From Bdellovibrionales bacterium (GTDB lineage Bacteria; Bdellovibrionota; FAC87; UBA2466), in contig SXPJ01000048.1 of NCBI GenBank assembly GCA_005776395.1, positions 24,211 through 88,210 on the forward strand: a stretch of 64,000 nt of DNA, given 5' to 3'. Position numbers and translations under genes: made by a program. Below, in pieces: positions 46,661 to 56,422 of the stretch. The notes beneath the pieces were generated by a model that worked only from the letters and a program-made list of their open reading frames with translations, made no database searches and was not told the origin of the DNA. Positions within the stretch are counted from its first letter, which is position 1, and the number at the start of each line of letters is the position of its first letter.

Positions 46661-48094
46661 ATGGGGGATTTCATGAAGTCGCAAGAGGAACAGCTAAAAA
46701 AAGACGCTCAACAATTAGAAAAGCTCGGCTACAACCAGGAGCTTCTTCGAGGGCTTAGTGGATTCTCTAATTTTGCAGTCGCATTTTCGGTAGTTTCCAT
46801 TCTCACCGGCATCAGTCAGCTCTATGGCTATGGACTCCAACATGGCGGTCCTAGCCAAATGTTCTGGGGTTGGATCCTCGTAGGTTTTTTTACCCTTCTT
46901 GTTTCTCTCTCAATGGCGGAACTTGCCAGCGCCTATCCGACAGCAGGCGCTCTTTACCATTGGAGCAGTTTTTTAGGCGGCCGAACTCTCGGTTGGTTTA
47001 CGGCCTGTTTTAATGCGATTGGGATGTTTGCGATCCTTGCTGGAATCGACTATGGACTCGCTAAATTCTTAACTCCGTTACTTCATCTTCCCAATACCTC
47101 TTGGGTCGTAAACTCTCTCTATGCGGCCCTACTCTTCTCCCATGCCTTTTTAAATTATCGAGGCATTAAACTTGTAGCTTGGCTCAATGATTTTTCTGCG
47201 ATCTACCATGTAGCAGTTGTTCTTATTTTGATTGTAGCTCTTGCTATTAAAGGTTTTCATCAACCCTTAAGTTTTTTAAATCAATTTAATTCAACCGATG
47301 GCTTTTCCATGCCCTACAGTTTTATGATGGGGCTTCTACTCGCTCAATGGACCTTAACTGGATACGATGCCTCTGCCCAGGTCACTGAAGAGACAATTGA
47401 TCCCGGAAGAAAAGCCCCCTGGGGAATTTTTTTCGCTGTTATTTTGTCCTTTTTTAGTGGCCTTTTTATGTTAATGGCAGTCACCCTCTCTATTCCCGAC
47501 TTAGCTGAATTTACACAAAAAGGAGATACAGCCTTCTTAGATATTTTTCGTTATAACTTAGGCAATGGCTTTGGTTCTTTAGTCGTAGGGCTTGTTGCAG
47601 GTGCTATGTGGCTCTGTGGTCTAGCGGGAATGACCTCAGCCTCACGTATGGTCTACGCTTTTGCGAGAGATAAAGGACTTCCTCTTTCTCACCTACTGGC
47701 CAAAGTAGATGAAACTTACAAGACCCCTGCTCCTGCGATTTTTGCCTTGGCTATTTTAGCTCTCATTCTAGCTTTTTCTGTAAGCATCTATAGTGCTGTG
47801 GTTTCTATTGCAACTGTAGCCCTCTATATTTCCTATGGTCTTCCCATTGCTGGACGACTTTGGGCTAGATTCACTCACAAGCATGAAAAAATTGGCCCTT
47901 GGAATTTGGGTCGAGCTAGTACTTTTATCTCTCTGTTAGCGGTCTTGTGGATCGGTTTTATCACCGTCGTTTTCATGCTGCCTCCTAATGAACAGGCCGG
48001 TCAGGTCATGGGTGTTTGTGTAATTTTTTTAGTTATTCTATGGGTTTTTTATGTTCGAAATAAATATGTGGGCCCCCAATACCATGAAAATTAA
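46661..48094 (+). CDS. Amino acid/polyamine permease (APC superfamily)
   Basis: About 12 transmembrane segments. N-terminal APC-like GSG/FS motif region. Confidence 0.75.
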   Translation: MGDFMKSQEEQLKKDAQQLEKLGYNQELLRGLSGFSNFAVAFSVVSILTGISQLYGYGLQHGGPSQMFWGWILVGFFTLLVSLSMAELASAYPTAGALYHWSSFLGGRTLGWFTACFNAIGMFAILAGIDYGLAKFLTPLLHLPNTSWVVNSLYAALLFSHAFLNYRGIKLVAWLNDFSAIYHVAVVLILIVALAIKGFHQPLSFLNQFNSTDGFSMPYSFMMGLLLAQWTLTGYDASAQVTEETIDPGRKAPWGIFFAVILSFFSGLFMLMAVTLSIPDLAEFTQKGDTAFLDIFRYNLGNGFGSLVVGLVAGAMWLCGLAGMTSASRMVYAFARDKGLPLSHLLAKVDETYKTPAPAIFALAILALILAFSVSIYSAVVSIATVALYISYGLPIAGRLWARFTHKHEKIGPWNLGRASTFISLLAVLWIGFITVVFMLPPNEQAGQVMGVCVIFLVILWVFYVRNKYVGPQYHEN

Positions 48095-48119
48095 TTTTTA
48101 AGGATCAAAGGAGAACTTC

Positions 48120-49586
48120 ATGAAATCCTATCGCATGTATGTCCGAGGAGAATGGATCGAAGCTAAATCTAAAGCTAAACGAGAAATTTTTGATCCAGGC
48201 AATGGAGAGCTTTTAGCCACGGTTCCTGAATCTGGCAGAGAAGATGTGATTGAAGCTGTTAAAGCGGCTAGAGAAGCTTTTGACAATGGTCCATGGAGGA
48301 ACACCACAGCTTTAGATCGTGGTAAATTTCTATTTAAAATCTCAGAGCTAATCAAGCGAGAATCAAAAAAACTTGCTGAGCTCGAAGTTAAAAACTGTGG
48401 AAAACCTTTAGCTGAAGCTGAATTTGATGCCGCTGATGCTGCTAACTGTTTTGAATTTTATGGAGGGCTTGCTACCAAAATTCATGGGGAGACGATGTCG
48501 GTTCCGGCCAACTCTATGAGTTTTGTGATTCGTGAACCCCTTGGAGTCTGTGGTCAAATCATCCCTTGGAACTATCCCTTACTCATGTCGGCTTGGAAAT
48601 TAGCTCCAGCTTTAGCTGCAGGTTGTACAGTTATTTTAAAGCCTTCTGAACTCACCCCTCTTACAGCTCTGGAGTTAGCGGCACTTATTCATGAGGCAGG
48701 ACTCCCACCCGGCGTTGTCAATATCATCTCAGGCCCTGGGGCAGGAGCAGGTGAAGAACTAGCTTCAAATAAACTCTGTGACAAAGTGGCCTTCACAGGG
48801 GGAACAGCCACCGGAAGAAAAATTTTAGAGGGGGCTTCAACCAATCTTAAAAAAGTTACTTTGGAGCTTGGGGGGAAAAATCCTAATATCGTTTTTGCCG
48901 ATTGTGACTTAGAGGCAGCTATTGATGGGGCTCTTTTTGCGGCCTTCGCCAATCAAGGAGAGGTTTGCTCTGCAGGCTCGAGACTTCTCGTCGAAAAATC
49001 GATTCACAAAGCCATGGTAGATGGAATGCTTTCTAAAATTAATCGTATTAAATTGGGCCATGGTCTTACTCCCGGAGTCAAAATGGGGCCCCTGGTTTCA
49101 AAGGCCCATTTAGAGAAGGTTCAAAACTATATTCAAATTGGAATTCAGGAGGGGGCTAAACTCCTCTGGGGTGGGCAACGGCCTGAGGGTTCTGAATTTA
49201 CTAAAGGAAACTTCCTGATGCCGACTATTTTCGACAATGTGACTCCTAAAATGAGAATCGCAAAAGAGGAAATATTTGGACCCGTACTCTCAGTCATCCC
49301 CTTCTCGACTGAAGAAGAGGCCATTCAAATTGCCAATGACACCGATTACGGTCTTGCGGCCGGAGTATGGAGCAAAAATATTTTCCAGGCCATGAGAGTC
49401 ATTCGCCAAATCCGAGCTGGAATCACTTGGATTAACACCTATCATCCCACTTTTAATGAAATGCCTTGGGGGGGATACAAACAGAGCGGTTGGGGGAGAG
49501 AATTGGGATTCCACGGTATTGAAGGGTATTTAGAAACTAAACAGATCAATATCAACCTCGATGAGGCTCCAATTAACTGGTACTAA
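48120..49586 (+). CDS. NAD-dependent aldehyde dehydrogenase (aminobutyraldehyde / betaine-aldehyde DH-like)
   Basis: VTLELGGKNP, FANQGEVCSAGSRL (catalytic Cys), EEIFGPV. Confidence 0.9.
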   Translation: MKSYRMYVRGEWIEAKSKAKREIFDPGNGELLATVPESGREDVIEAVKAAREAFDNGPWRNTTALDRGKFLFKISELIKRESKKLAELEVKNCGKPLAEAEFDAADAANCFEFYGGLATKIHGETMSVPANSMSFVIREPLGVCGQIIPWNYPLLMSAWKLAPALAAGCTVILKPSELTPLTALELAALIHEAGLPPGVVNIISGPGAGAGEELASNKLCDKVAFTGGTATGRKILEGASTNLKKVTLELGGKNPNIVFADCDLEAAIDGALFAAFANQGEVCSAGSRLLVEKSIHKAMVDGMLSKINRIKLGHGLTPGVKMGPLVSKAHLEKVQNYIQIGIQEGAKLLWGGQRPEGSEFTKGNFLMPTIFDNVTPKMRIAKEEIFGPVLSVIPFSTEEEAIQIANDTDYGLAAGVWSKNIFQAMRVIRQIRAGITWINTYHPTFNEMPWGGYKQSGWGRELGFHGIEGYLETKQININLDEAPINWY

Positions 49587-49588
49587 TT

Positions 49589-50911
49589 ATGATCGAACTC
49601 AAAACTAAAATTCCAGGACCTAAAAGTTTAGCGTTAATGGAACGCCGAAAAAAAGCAGTAGCTAGAGGCCCTTTTCATGCCACTCCAATCTTTGCTGAAA
49701 AAGCTCTAGGGGCATGGATTATCGATGTGGATGGAAATAAACTTTTAGATTTCTCCTCTGGAATTGGAGTTGTTAATGTAGGCCACTCTCCCAAAGAGGT
49801 CGTAGAGGCCTCTAAAAAACAGCTCGATAAATTCATTCATACGAGCTTCAACGTAGTGGCTTATGAGAACTACATTACGGTTTGTGAAAAACTCAATTCG
49901 GCAATGCCAGGAGCTTTTCAGAAAAAAAGTTTCCTTGCTAATAGTGGCGCAGAAGCTGTGGAGAATGCCATTAAGATTGCTCGAGCTACCACGGGGAAAC
50001 AGGCAATTGTCTGTTTCCAACACGCCTATCATGGACGCACCTACATGGCGATGTCTTTAACAGCTAAAGCCAAGCCCTATAAACACGGATTTGCTCCATT
50101 TAATTGCGAAGTTTATCGAGCCCCTTTCCCCTATCCCTATCGATGGCCCACCACAAGCCAACCTGAAAAAGTAGCCGAAGAGTGCTTTCAAGAATTTAAA
50201 ACTTTGGTGAGTTCAGAAATTGGAACTTCTCAAGTTGCGGCTGTCATTATCGAACCCGTGCTGGGTGAAGGGGGTTTTATCCCTGCCCCAAAAAAATTCC
50301 TTTCTCTGCTCAGAGAATTTTGTAGTGAAAATAAAATAGTTCTTATTTTTGATGAAGTCCAATGTGGATTTGGACGTACCGGAACTCTTTTTGCTTGCGA
50401 GCAATTAGAGGTCTATCCCGATCTCTTAGTTTCAGCTAAAGGAATTGCTGCAGGCCTTCCTCTTTCGGCCGTTACTGGAAAAGCTGAAATCATGGACGGG
50501 CCGCCGGAAGGAGGCATCGGAGGCACTTATGGTGGAAACCCTGTAGCCTGCGCTGCAGCTCTAGCTGTCATTGAACAGTGGGAAAAAGGTGAACTCTATA
50601 AAAATGCAAAAGCCATGGAGAGGATCCTTACTGAAACAACTCAGAGCTGGCTAAAAAAATTTCCTATAGTGGGAGATGCTCGAGGCCTGGGGCCCATGCG
50701 AGCCATTGAATTAGTCAAAGATAGAGAAACAAAAGAGCCTAATCCGGAAGCTGTAAAAATAATTATCAAAGCGGCTTATGAAAAAGGGCTTATCCTTATG
50801 AGTGCGGGGACCTTTAGCAATGTGATCCGTTTTTTACCACCTTTATGTATTACTGAAAATGATCTCACTCAAGGATTAGAGATAGTTCAAGAGGTAATTT
50901 CCAAGGCTTAG
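49589..50911 (+). CDS. Class III aminotransferase (4-aminobutyrate aminotransferase-like)
   Basis: LIFDEVQCGFGRTG and AKGIAAGLPL (PLP-lysine region) are typical of GabT-type enzymes. Confidence 0.85.
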   Translation: MIELKTKIPGPKSLALMERRKKAVARGPFHATPIFAEKALGAWIIDVDGNKLLDFSSGIGVVNVGHSPKEVVEASKKQLDKFIHTSFNVVAYENYITVCEKLNSAMPGAFQKKSFLANSGAEAVENAIKIARATTGKQAIVCFQHAYHGRTYMAMSLTAKAKPYKHGFAPFNCEVYRAPFPYPYRWPTTSQPEKVAEECFQEFKTLVSSEIGTSQVAAVIIEPVLGEGGFIPAPKKFLSLLREFCSENKIVLIFDEVQCGFGRTGTLFACEQLEVYPDLLVSAKGIAAGLPLSAVTGKAEIMDGPPEGGIGGTYGGNPVACAAALAVIEQWEKGELYKNAKAMERILTETTQSWLKKFPIVGDARGLGPMRAIELVKDRETKEPNPEAVKIIIKAAYEKGLILMSAGTFSNVIRFLPPLCITENDLTQGLEIVQEVISKA

Positions 50912-50912
50912 A

Positions 50913-51779
50913 TTAAAAGAAGTTTCCAATAAGGATAATGAAGAATCCGATACAGGTTGAAAGCCAAAAGAAATTTAATTTCTCCATGGTTCTTTCAAAA
51001 TAGATGAGGCTAGGATTTCTTTGAATATCCCGAATGGCTCTCCAAACAAATCCCACAGCGGCTCCAATAAGTAAGTAAGCCGCTCCACTAAGAGCCACTG
51101 CAATATTATCAAGAGATGTATTGATTAGGGCATCCCCTAAATAGGCCCAAACCCACAAAAGACCACAACCTATCGAAACAAAAGTCAGCGTTCTCGCCCT
51201 GGATAAATTTTTATTCGCAAACCACTCCACATACTGAGTTAGAGTTTTTTGCACAGCGAAAAATTTATTTTCCCGAAACAAAAACAAAATCAAACTAAAG
51301 CCAATAAAAAGAGCAGGAATTCCTAGAAACCCTTTAAGTGCAAAATCTTGATAATCAAAACCGAAAAAACTTCGAATTAAATACGCCATTAAAGGAGCTA
51401 CCGAAAAGAAGAGAGCCAGTTGATACGAAACCCAGAATCCCCCTATATGATTCAAAGCTTTAGCAAGGGGTTCGTTACTATCTGATTTTACATAGTTTTG
51501 AGATTGCTTAAAGAAAAGAGAAACCTGCCAAGCCATAAAAAAGAAGGCGACCGCAAGAGCGATCTTCCAGGTTCCCATTAAAATATTTTCACGAATAAAA
51601 AATGAAATAATTCCAAAGATCAATTGTTGAATCGCAATAGAACAACTTAAATAAAATAGTAACCGAGTTGGAAATACACTCCAGGCCATCAAACCATGAA
51701 CTTCATTTTCATGTGCCATTAATGGAGATATGTTCTTTGCCACCTCCCTATTATATCTTAATTCCCAGCAACTATTCAC
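50913..51779 (-). CDS. Integral membrane protein, unknown function
   Basis: Multiple hydrophobic helices. No motif recognised. Confidence 0.5.
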   Translation of the reverse strand: MNSCWELRYNREVAKNISPLMAHENEVHGLMAWSVFPTRLLFYLSCSIAIQQLIFGIISFFIRENILMGTWKIALAVAFFFMAWQVSLFFKQSQNYVKSDSNEPLAKALNHIGGFWVSYQLALFFSVAPLMAYLIRSFFGFDYQDFALKGFLGIPALFIGFSLILFLFRENKFFAVQKTLTQYVEWFANKNLSRARTLTFVSIGCGLLWVWAYLGDALINTSLDNIAVALSGAAYLLIGAAVGFVWRAIRDIQRNPSLIYFERTMEKLNFFWLSTCIGFFIILIGNFF

Positions 51780-51992
51780 CCTATAAAAGGGGTGAGCTTT
51801 TTAAAAATGGGGAGAAAACTATCTTTTTTAATCAAATACAGCAGCAGTTCTCGGTGAATAAATTTTGAGGCTAATTGAGGAGCACTAGAAAAACCTTTTC
51901 GCAAAGTCTCGGTGTGCCATTGGGATAATTTTATGTGGGCGCGCTGTGACTCACCGAGAATCGCTGCAAATACAGGTAAATAGTTGCAATTT

Positions 51993-52808
51993 TTATTGAT
52001 TCAAAAACTGCAAAAGCAAAGTGGGATAATCCGTAGTAAGCCCAGTGACGCCCAATGCAATCATCTCTTGAAAGCCTTGCACCGTATTAATCGTATAAGG
52101 AATTACTTCAATCTCCTTAGTTCTAGCCTCGAAAACATTTTCAAGAGAGAGATCTTTATAAAAAGGGGCCCAGATTTTAGGTTGAAATTTCTGACAGATT
52201 TCACTAACTGAAATCTGCCTCTGATAGGTTAATACTGCTATAGGAATTTCAGGAGCTTGGCGCTTCACCTCTTCTAGAACCGAGAAATCAAAGGATCTTA
52301 AAACTGTTTTCTTAACATCCCAATTTTTCCTAATTTCAGCCACAACTTGTTGAACCATAAACTCCACGCTAGGAGCTTTTTTCTCGATTAAGTCTTGGTG
52401 TTTAATCTCGATGTCTAAGGTGGGAGAACTCCCATATTCGCCCCCCCAGTTTTTTACAGCTTGAAAGACATCTCTTAGTGTAGGAATTTTTTTTTCTACG
52501 TCCGCGAGGGTTCGTTTATTAGCGAGTCTCCGATCTACTCTTGTCTCTAATTCCTTAATTTCTTGAAGACTTAGTTCCCATATAGGTAAAGAGGTCTTAA
52601 CCGGATTTCCCAATTTGTCCCGGCACCATTCTGGAGTAATTTCGAAATCATGAAAAACAACGACCTCTCCATCTTGGGTCAAATGGACATCTAACTCAAT
52701 GCTGTCTACTTTCAATTCAACCGCTCTTTGAAAAGCAGGAAGAGTATTTTCAACATACTCAGAGCAAGCGCCACGATGGGCCTGAACATGAATTTTTCTC
52801 TCACCCAT
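51993..52808 (-). CDS. Glycerophosphodiester phosphodiesterase
   Basis: VQAHRGACSEYVENTLPAFQRAVELKVDSIELDVHLTQDGEVVVFHD is the canonical GDPD N-terminal motif. Confidence 0.85.
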   Translation of the reverse strand: MGERKIHVQAHRGACSEYVENTLPAFQRAVELKVDSIELDVHLTQDGEVVVFHDFEITPEWCRDKLGNPVKTSLPIWELSLQEIKELETRVDRRLANKRTLADVEKKIPTLRDVFQAVKNWGGEYGSSPTLDIEIKHQDLIEKKAPSVEFMVQQVVAEIRKNWDVKKTVLRSFDFSVLEEVKRQAPEIPIAVLTYQRQISVSEICQKFQPKIWAPFYKDLSLENVFEARTKEIEVIPYTINTVQGFQEMIALGVTGLTTDYPTLLLQFLNQ

Positions 52809-52845
52809 TGGCGACTCCTAAAAAAAAAGCTAGTATGACTTCACT

Positions 52846-53154
52846 ATGAAAGACATTAAATCAGAAGCACAAGATTGCAAAGTCCAAGTCTTAGTTTGTA
52901 CCAATGAACGTCCCCCAGGAAAGAGTTGCTGCCATAAATTAGGCGGTCAGGATTTTTATCTAGCTCTAAAAAATCGCCTTAAACAAGAAGGGCTTTACAA
53001 CACCCACTGGGTGACTCGTACAGGCTGTTTGGGTTTTTGTAACGATGTAGGAACCACAGTGGCTATCTATCGACAGGGGCAATCCACTCAGTGGTTTAAT
53101 GAAGTTACTGCAGCGGACATGGATTCCCTGTGGCAAGAGATTGTGAGAGAATAA
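52846..53154 (+). CDS. Thioredoxin-like [2Fe-2S] ferredoxin
   Basis: Cys pattern C(24)...C(38)C(39)...C(81)...C(85) in a ~100-aa protein. Confidence 0.6.
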   Translation: MKDIKSEAQDCKVQVLVCTNERPPGKSCCHKLGGQDFYLALKNRLKQEGLYNTHWVTRTGCLGFCNDVGTTVAIYRQGQSTQWFNEVTAADMDSLWQEIVRE

Positions 53155-53158
53155 AGGG

Positions 53159-53980
53159 ATGAACCCCCTTATTTTGCTGTGCTGCATCTTTATTTCATTA
53201 CATTCTCTTCCTCTATTTTCTGAAGAATCTAAAGAAGCCCCCCCCACCGAGCTGGTTGATTTAATTTCAACCCCAATCCATCCGGGTGAAGGGGCTCTGA
53301 TCTTTGCTAGTGAAAACGAACAAGAGATCATAAATTTAGGGACCCAATCTGGAATTTATGGCGTTGGACTGCTGATGAAGGGCTCATGGTTTGCAGAGCC
53401 ATTCAAAAAGAATCTAGCCCAAGCTTTTATTATTCAAATTTCTCTAGGAACTTTAAAATCTAAACTCGAAGGTAAAGTCCCGCAGTTTGGAGTTCTTACT
53501 TTGGTAAGTTCAGAAATCCCCAAAGAAACCACCGCTTTTGTTTTGCCAGAGGCCGGAAAATCCCCCTCAAAAAAACAGTCCGAGGCAAGAATCCTTTTTA
53601 TGTCTCCCAAAACTCAAATAACTCAAAACGACCAAGAAAAACTCCAAAATACATTTTTTGGAAAAACAGGTGGAGTTACGTTAACTCCGGTAGGTGAAAA
53701 CAAAGAGGTCTCAGTTCGCACTAAAGAAAGAAAGGTTTTTTTTAAAAGTCAGAAAATGAAATTAGACTTTCAAACAACTCTCGGAACACCTTTCAATGGA
53801 ATGGAAAAAAAATTGATCGGCTCAGTAACCTTTCCAGTTTATACCCCCTTTGGAACCGCAGCTGAAGCACTGGCCATGAAATTAGGAAACAGTCTAGAGG
53901 GTATCATCCCCCCTACCCCAACCCATACTAAGGCCAATCGCAAAATTACAGGATTGAAGACCAACTCTTCCCAAAAATAG
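53159..53980 (+). CDS. Exported hypothetical protein
   Basis: Signal peptide. No motif recognised. Confidence 0.5.
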   Translation: MNPLILLCCIFISLHSLPLFSEESKEAPPTELVDLISTPIHPGEGALIFASENEQEIINLGTQSGIYGVGLLMKGSWFAEPFKKNLAQAFIIQISLGTLKSKLEGKVPQFGVLTLVSSEIPKETTAFVLPEAGKSPSKKQSEARILFMSPKTQITQNDQEKLQNTFFGKTGGVTLTPVGENKEVSVRTKERKVFFKSQKMKLDFQTTLGTPFNGMEKKLIGSVTFPVYTPFGTAAEALAMKLGNSLEGIIPPTPTHTKANRKITGLKTNSSQK

Positions 53981-54138
53981 GGGTTAATTCAGTTAAAACC
54001 TCCTTGCCCCCCATAACTCCTATCAAGCACAAGCATAAATACTTGAAATTAAACATTTTTTTTACCACTTCCAATTAGCTCTATATTCCCGCATTTATCA
54101 TTGTAATTACTCAAGGAATTTCATAGGATGCGTGCCTT

Positions 54139-55101
54139 ATGAGTGTAGCCTTGTCTCATGAAGAGAATTTCAAGCTTCTTTCGGGAACTGCCAATGTGGC
54201 GTTGTCGAAGTCTATTGCTGACCACTTAGGCATGCCTTTGTGCCAGGCGGAAGTACGTCGATTTTCAGATGGTGAAATTTTTGTAGAGATTCAGGAAAGT
54301 GTCCGCGGCGCAGATACCTTTATTATCCAGTCAACCTGTCATCCAGTGAATGATTCATTGATGGAACTTTTGATTATGGCAGACTCCCTCAAACGCTCAT
54401 CTGCCTCTTCAATCACAGCGGTCATCCCCTATTACGGCTATGGACGACAAGATAGAAAAGTTCAGCCGCGCGTTCCTATTACAGCAAAATTAGTAGCGGA
54501 TCTCTTAGTGGCCGCTGGAGTCACTCGAGTGATTTCAATGGATCTTCACGCAAGCCAAATTCAAGGATTTTTTAATATTCCCTTTGACCATCTTTTCGCA
54601 AAACCGGTCATTACCCAATACCTAAAGCAGCACTATGATCTGAATAAAGTTATTATAGTGAGCCCAGATGCTGGAGGGGTAGAAAGAGCCCGAGCTTTTG
54701 CTAAAAGACTAGATGTGCCACTTGCTATTATCGACAAACGTCGAGTCAAAGCCAATGAAGTGGGCGGAATGAATCTCATCGGAGAGGTCCAGGGACGTCA
54801 CGCTATCATCGTAGATGACATGATCGATACAGCTGGAACTTTGATTCAAGCCACAAAAGTTTTATTAGATAATGGAGCAGAACAGGTAAGTGCTGTTTGC
54901 TCTCATGGAGTTTTTTCAGGTACGGCGTATGAACGGATTCGAGACAGCCAATTAAAGGAAGTCATTTGTACCGACACGATTCCGTTTTCGCCGGCATTAG
55001 CAAAACTAGCCAAAGTAAAGAGCCTTTCGGTGGCTCCCATCTTGGCAGAAGCAATGCGAAGAGTTCAAACACGACAGTCGGTCAGTAGTCTTTTTGATTA
55101 A
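54139..55101 (+). CDS. prs: Ribose-phosphate pyrophosphokinase
   Basis: LLSGTAN, DLHASQIQGFF, IIVDDMIDTAGT (PRPP-binding motif). Confidence 0.95.
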   Translation: MSVALSHEENFKLLSGTANVALSKSIADHLGMPLCQAEVRRFSDGEIFVEIQESVRGADTFIIQSTCHPVNDSLMELLIMADSLKRSSASSITAVIPYYGYGRQDRKVQPRVPITAKLVADLLVAAGVTRVISMDLHASQIQGFFNIPFDHLFAKPVITQYLKQHYDLNKVIIVSPDAGGVERARAFAKRLDVPLAIIDKRRVKANEVGGMNLIGEVQGRHAIIVDDMIDTAGTLIQATKVLLDNGAEQVSAVCSHGVFSGTAYERIRDSQLKEVICTDTIPFSPALAKLAKVKSLSVAPILAEAMRRVQTRQSVSSLFD

Positions 55102-55123
55102 CGAAAGTAGTAGGTAGATAAAA

Positions 55124-55801
55124 ATGGAACAACAATCTCTTTCAGTAGAAAGCAGAACAGGCACTGGTAAAAGTGTCACTCGAAAACTAAGAGCTGTAGG
55201 AAAACTTCCCGCAGTACTTTACGGATTGGGCAAAAGCCAACCCATTACAGTAGAGCCCTCCTTCATCACTAAGCTATTGCTCAGTGAAGGGGGACGTAAT
55301 CAAATCCTAAACCTCAAAGGGGCCGGATTAGATGGTAAACACGTTCTAGTAAAAGACTATGACGTCGATCCAGTAACTCGAAAGTTAGTTCACGTCGATC
55401 TTCTAGAAATCGATGTCACTAAAAAAATTGAGGTTACCGTAGCTCTTAATTTTACAGGGAAAGCTATCGGCATAGGTGAAGGTGGCGTACTAAACTTTAT
55501 CGAAAGAACTATTCGAATCAAATGCTTGCCCACTGCAATTCCACAACACATCGATGTAGATGTAAGTGGATTGGCTATTGGGGATTCGCTGCATTCTGAT
55601 GACTTGAATTTGCCTGAAGGCATTGAAAAAACAGGTCAGCTCAATTCAACTCTAGTCACCTGCGTTCCTCCCACTAAAGAGGAAGAGGCAGTGGCCTCCT
55701 TGGCTCCGACAGCTGAGCCGGAAGTTATTACTGAGAAAAAACCTGCTGAAGGCGCGGCTACAGCGGGTGCAGATGCTAAAAAAGAGGAGAAGAAGAAGTA
55801 A
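55124..55801 (+). CDS. rplY: 50S ribosomal protein L25 / general stress protein Ctc
   Basis: RKLRAVGKLPAVLYG N-terminal L25 motif with an Ala/Lys-rich C-terminal tail. Conserved position between prs and pth. Confidence 0.88.
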   Translation: MEQQSLSVESRTGTGKSVTRKLRAVGKLPAVLYGLGKSQPITVEPSFITKLLLSEGGRNQILNLKGAGLDGKHVLVKDYDVDPVTRKLVHVDLLEIDVTKKIEVTVALNFTGKAIGIGEGGVLNFIERTIRIKCLPTAIPQHIDVDVSGLAIGDSLHSDDLNLPEGIEKTGQLNSTLVTCVPPTKEEEAVASLAPTAEPEVITEKKPAEGAATAGADAKKEEKKK

Positions 55802-55822
55802 TTTCTTCTCTGATTCGATTCT

Positions 55823-56422
55823 GTGTCTAATTCAATTGAGACCTTTCTTATTGTCGGCCTGGGTAATCCCGGGCCGAAATATGAAAAAACCAGGCACAAT
55901 ATTGGCTTTGAACTTGTGGATCGATTGGCAAAAACGTGGGGAGCCCCTGCATTTTTACCCAAATTTCAAGGTCTCTTGGCCCAGGTTAATCGAAGCGGCC
56001 TAAAAGTTATTCTTCTAAAGCCAGAAACCTTCATGAATCTTTCGGGAAGAAGTGTTCAAGAAACCCTTCACTTTTTTAAACTTGATCCATCGACACAACT
56101 TCTGGTGATTAACGATGATCTGGATTTACCCCCGGCTCAACTTAGATTGAGACTTGCAGGCGGAGCAGGGGGCCACAATGGCCTAAAATCAATTATCGAG
56201 TGCTTAGGAACTGAAGGTTTTGCCAGATTAAGAATCGGCATAGGTCGTTCGGAACAGGGGCCGAGTGAAAACTATGTTTTAGGAAAAATTCCTAAAGCGG
56301 AGCAACAAGCTTTTAATGAAGCCCTTATCGATGCCCAAGAGGGAATTGAAGCCATCTTAAAAGATGGACTCTCTAAAGCTATGAATGTTATCAATAAAAA
56401 AAGAGGTTCTCATGAGTCTTAA
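55823..56422 (+). CDS. pth: Peptidyl-tRNA hydrolase
   Basis: LIVGLGNPGPKYEKTRHNIGF, GGHNGLKS. Confidence 0.9.
   Translation: MSNSIETFLIVGLGNPGPKYEKTRHNIGFELVDRLAKTWGAPAFLPKFQGLLAQVNRSGLKVILLKPETFMNLSGRSVQETLHFFKLDPSTQLLVINDDLDLPPAQLRLRLAGGAGGHNGLKSIIECLGTEGFARLRIGIGRSEQGPSENYVLGKIPKAEQQAFNEALIDAQEGIEAILKDGLSKAMNVINKKRGSHES

Noticed and set aside
48128-50404. Minus-strand and short plus-strand ORFs inside the aldehyde dehydrogenase and aminotransferase genes
   Set aside because: They are antisense or alternate-frame artefacts within strongly supported CDSs.
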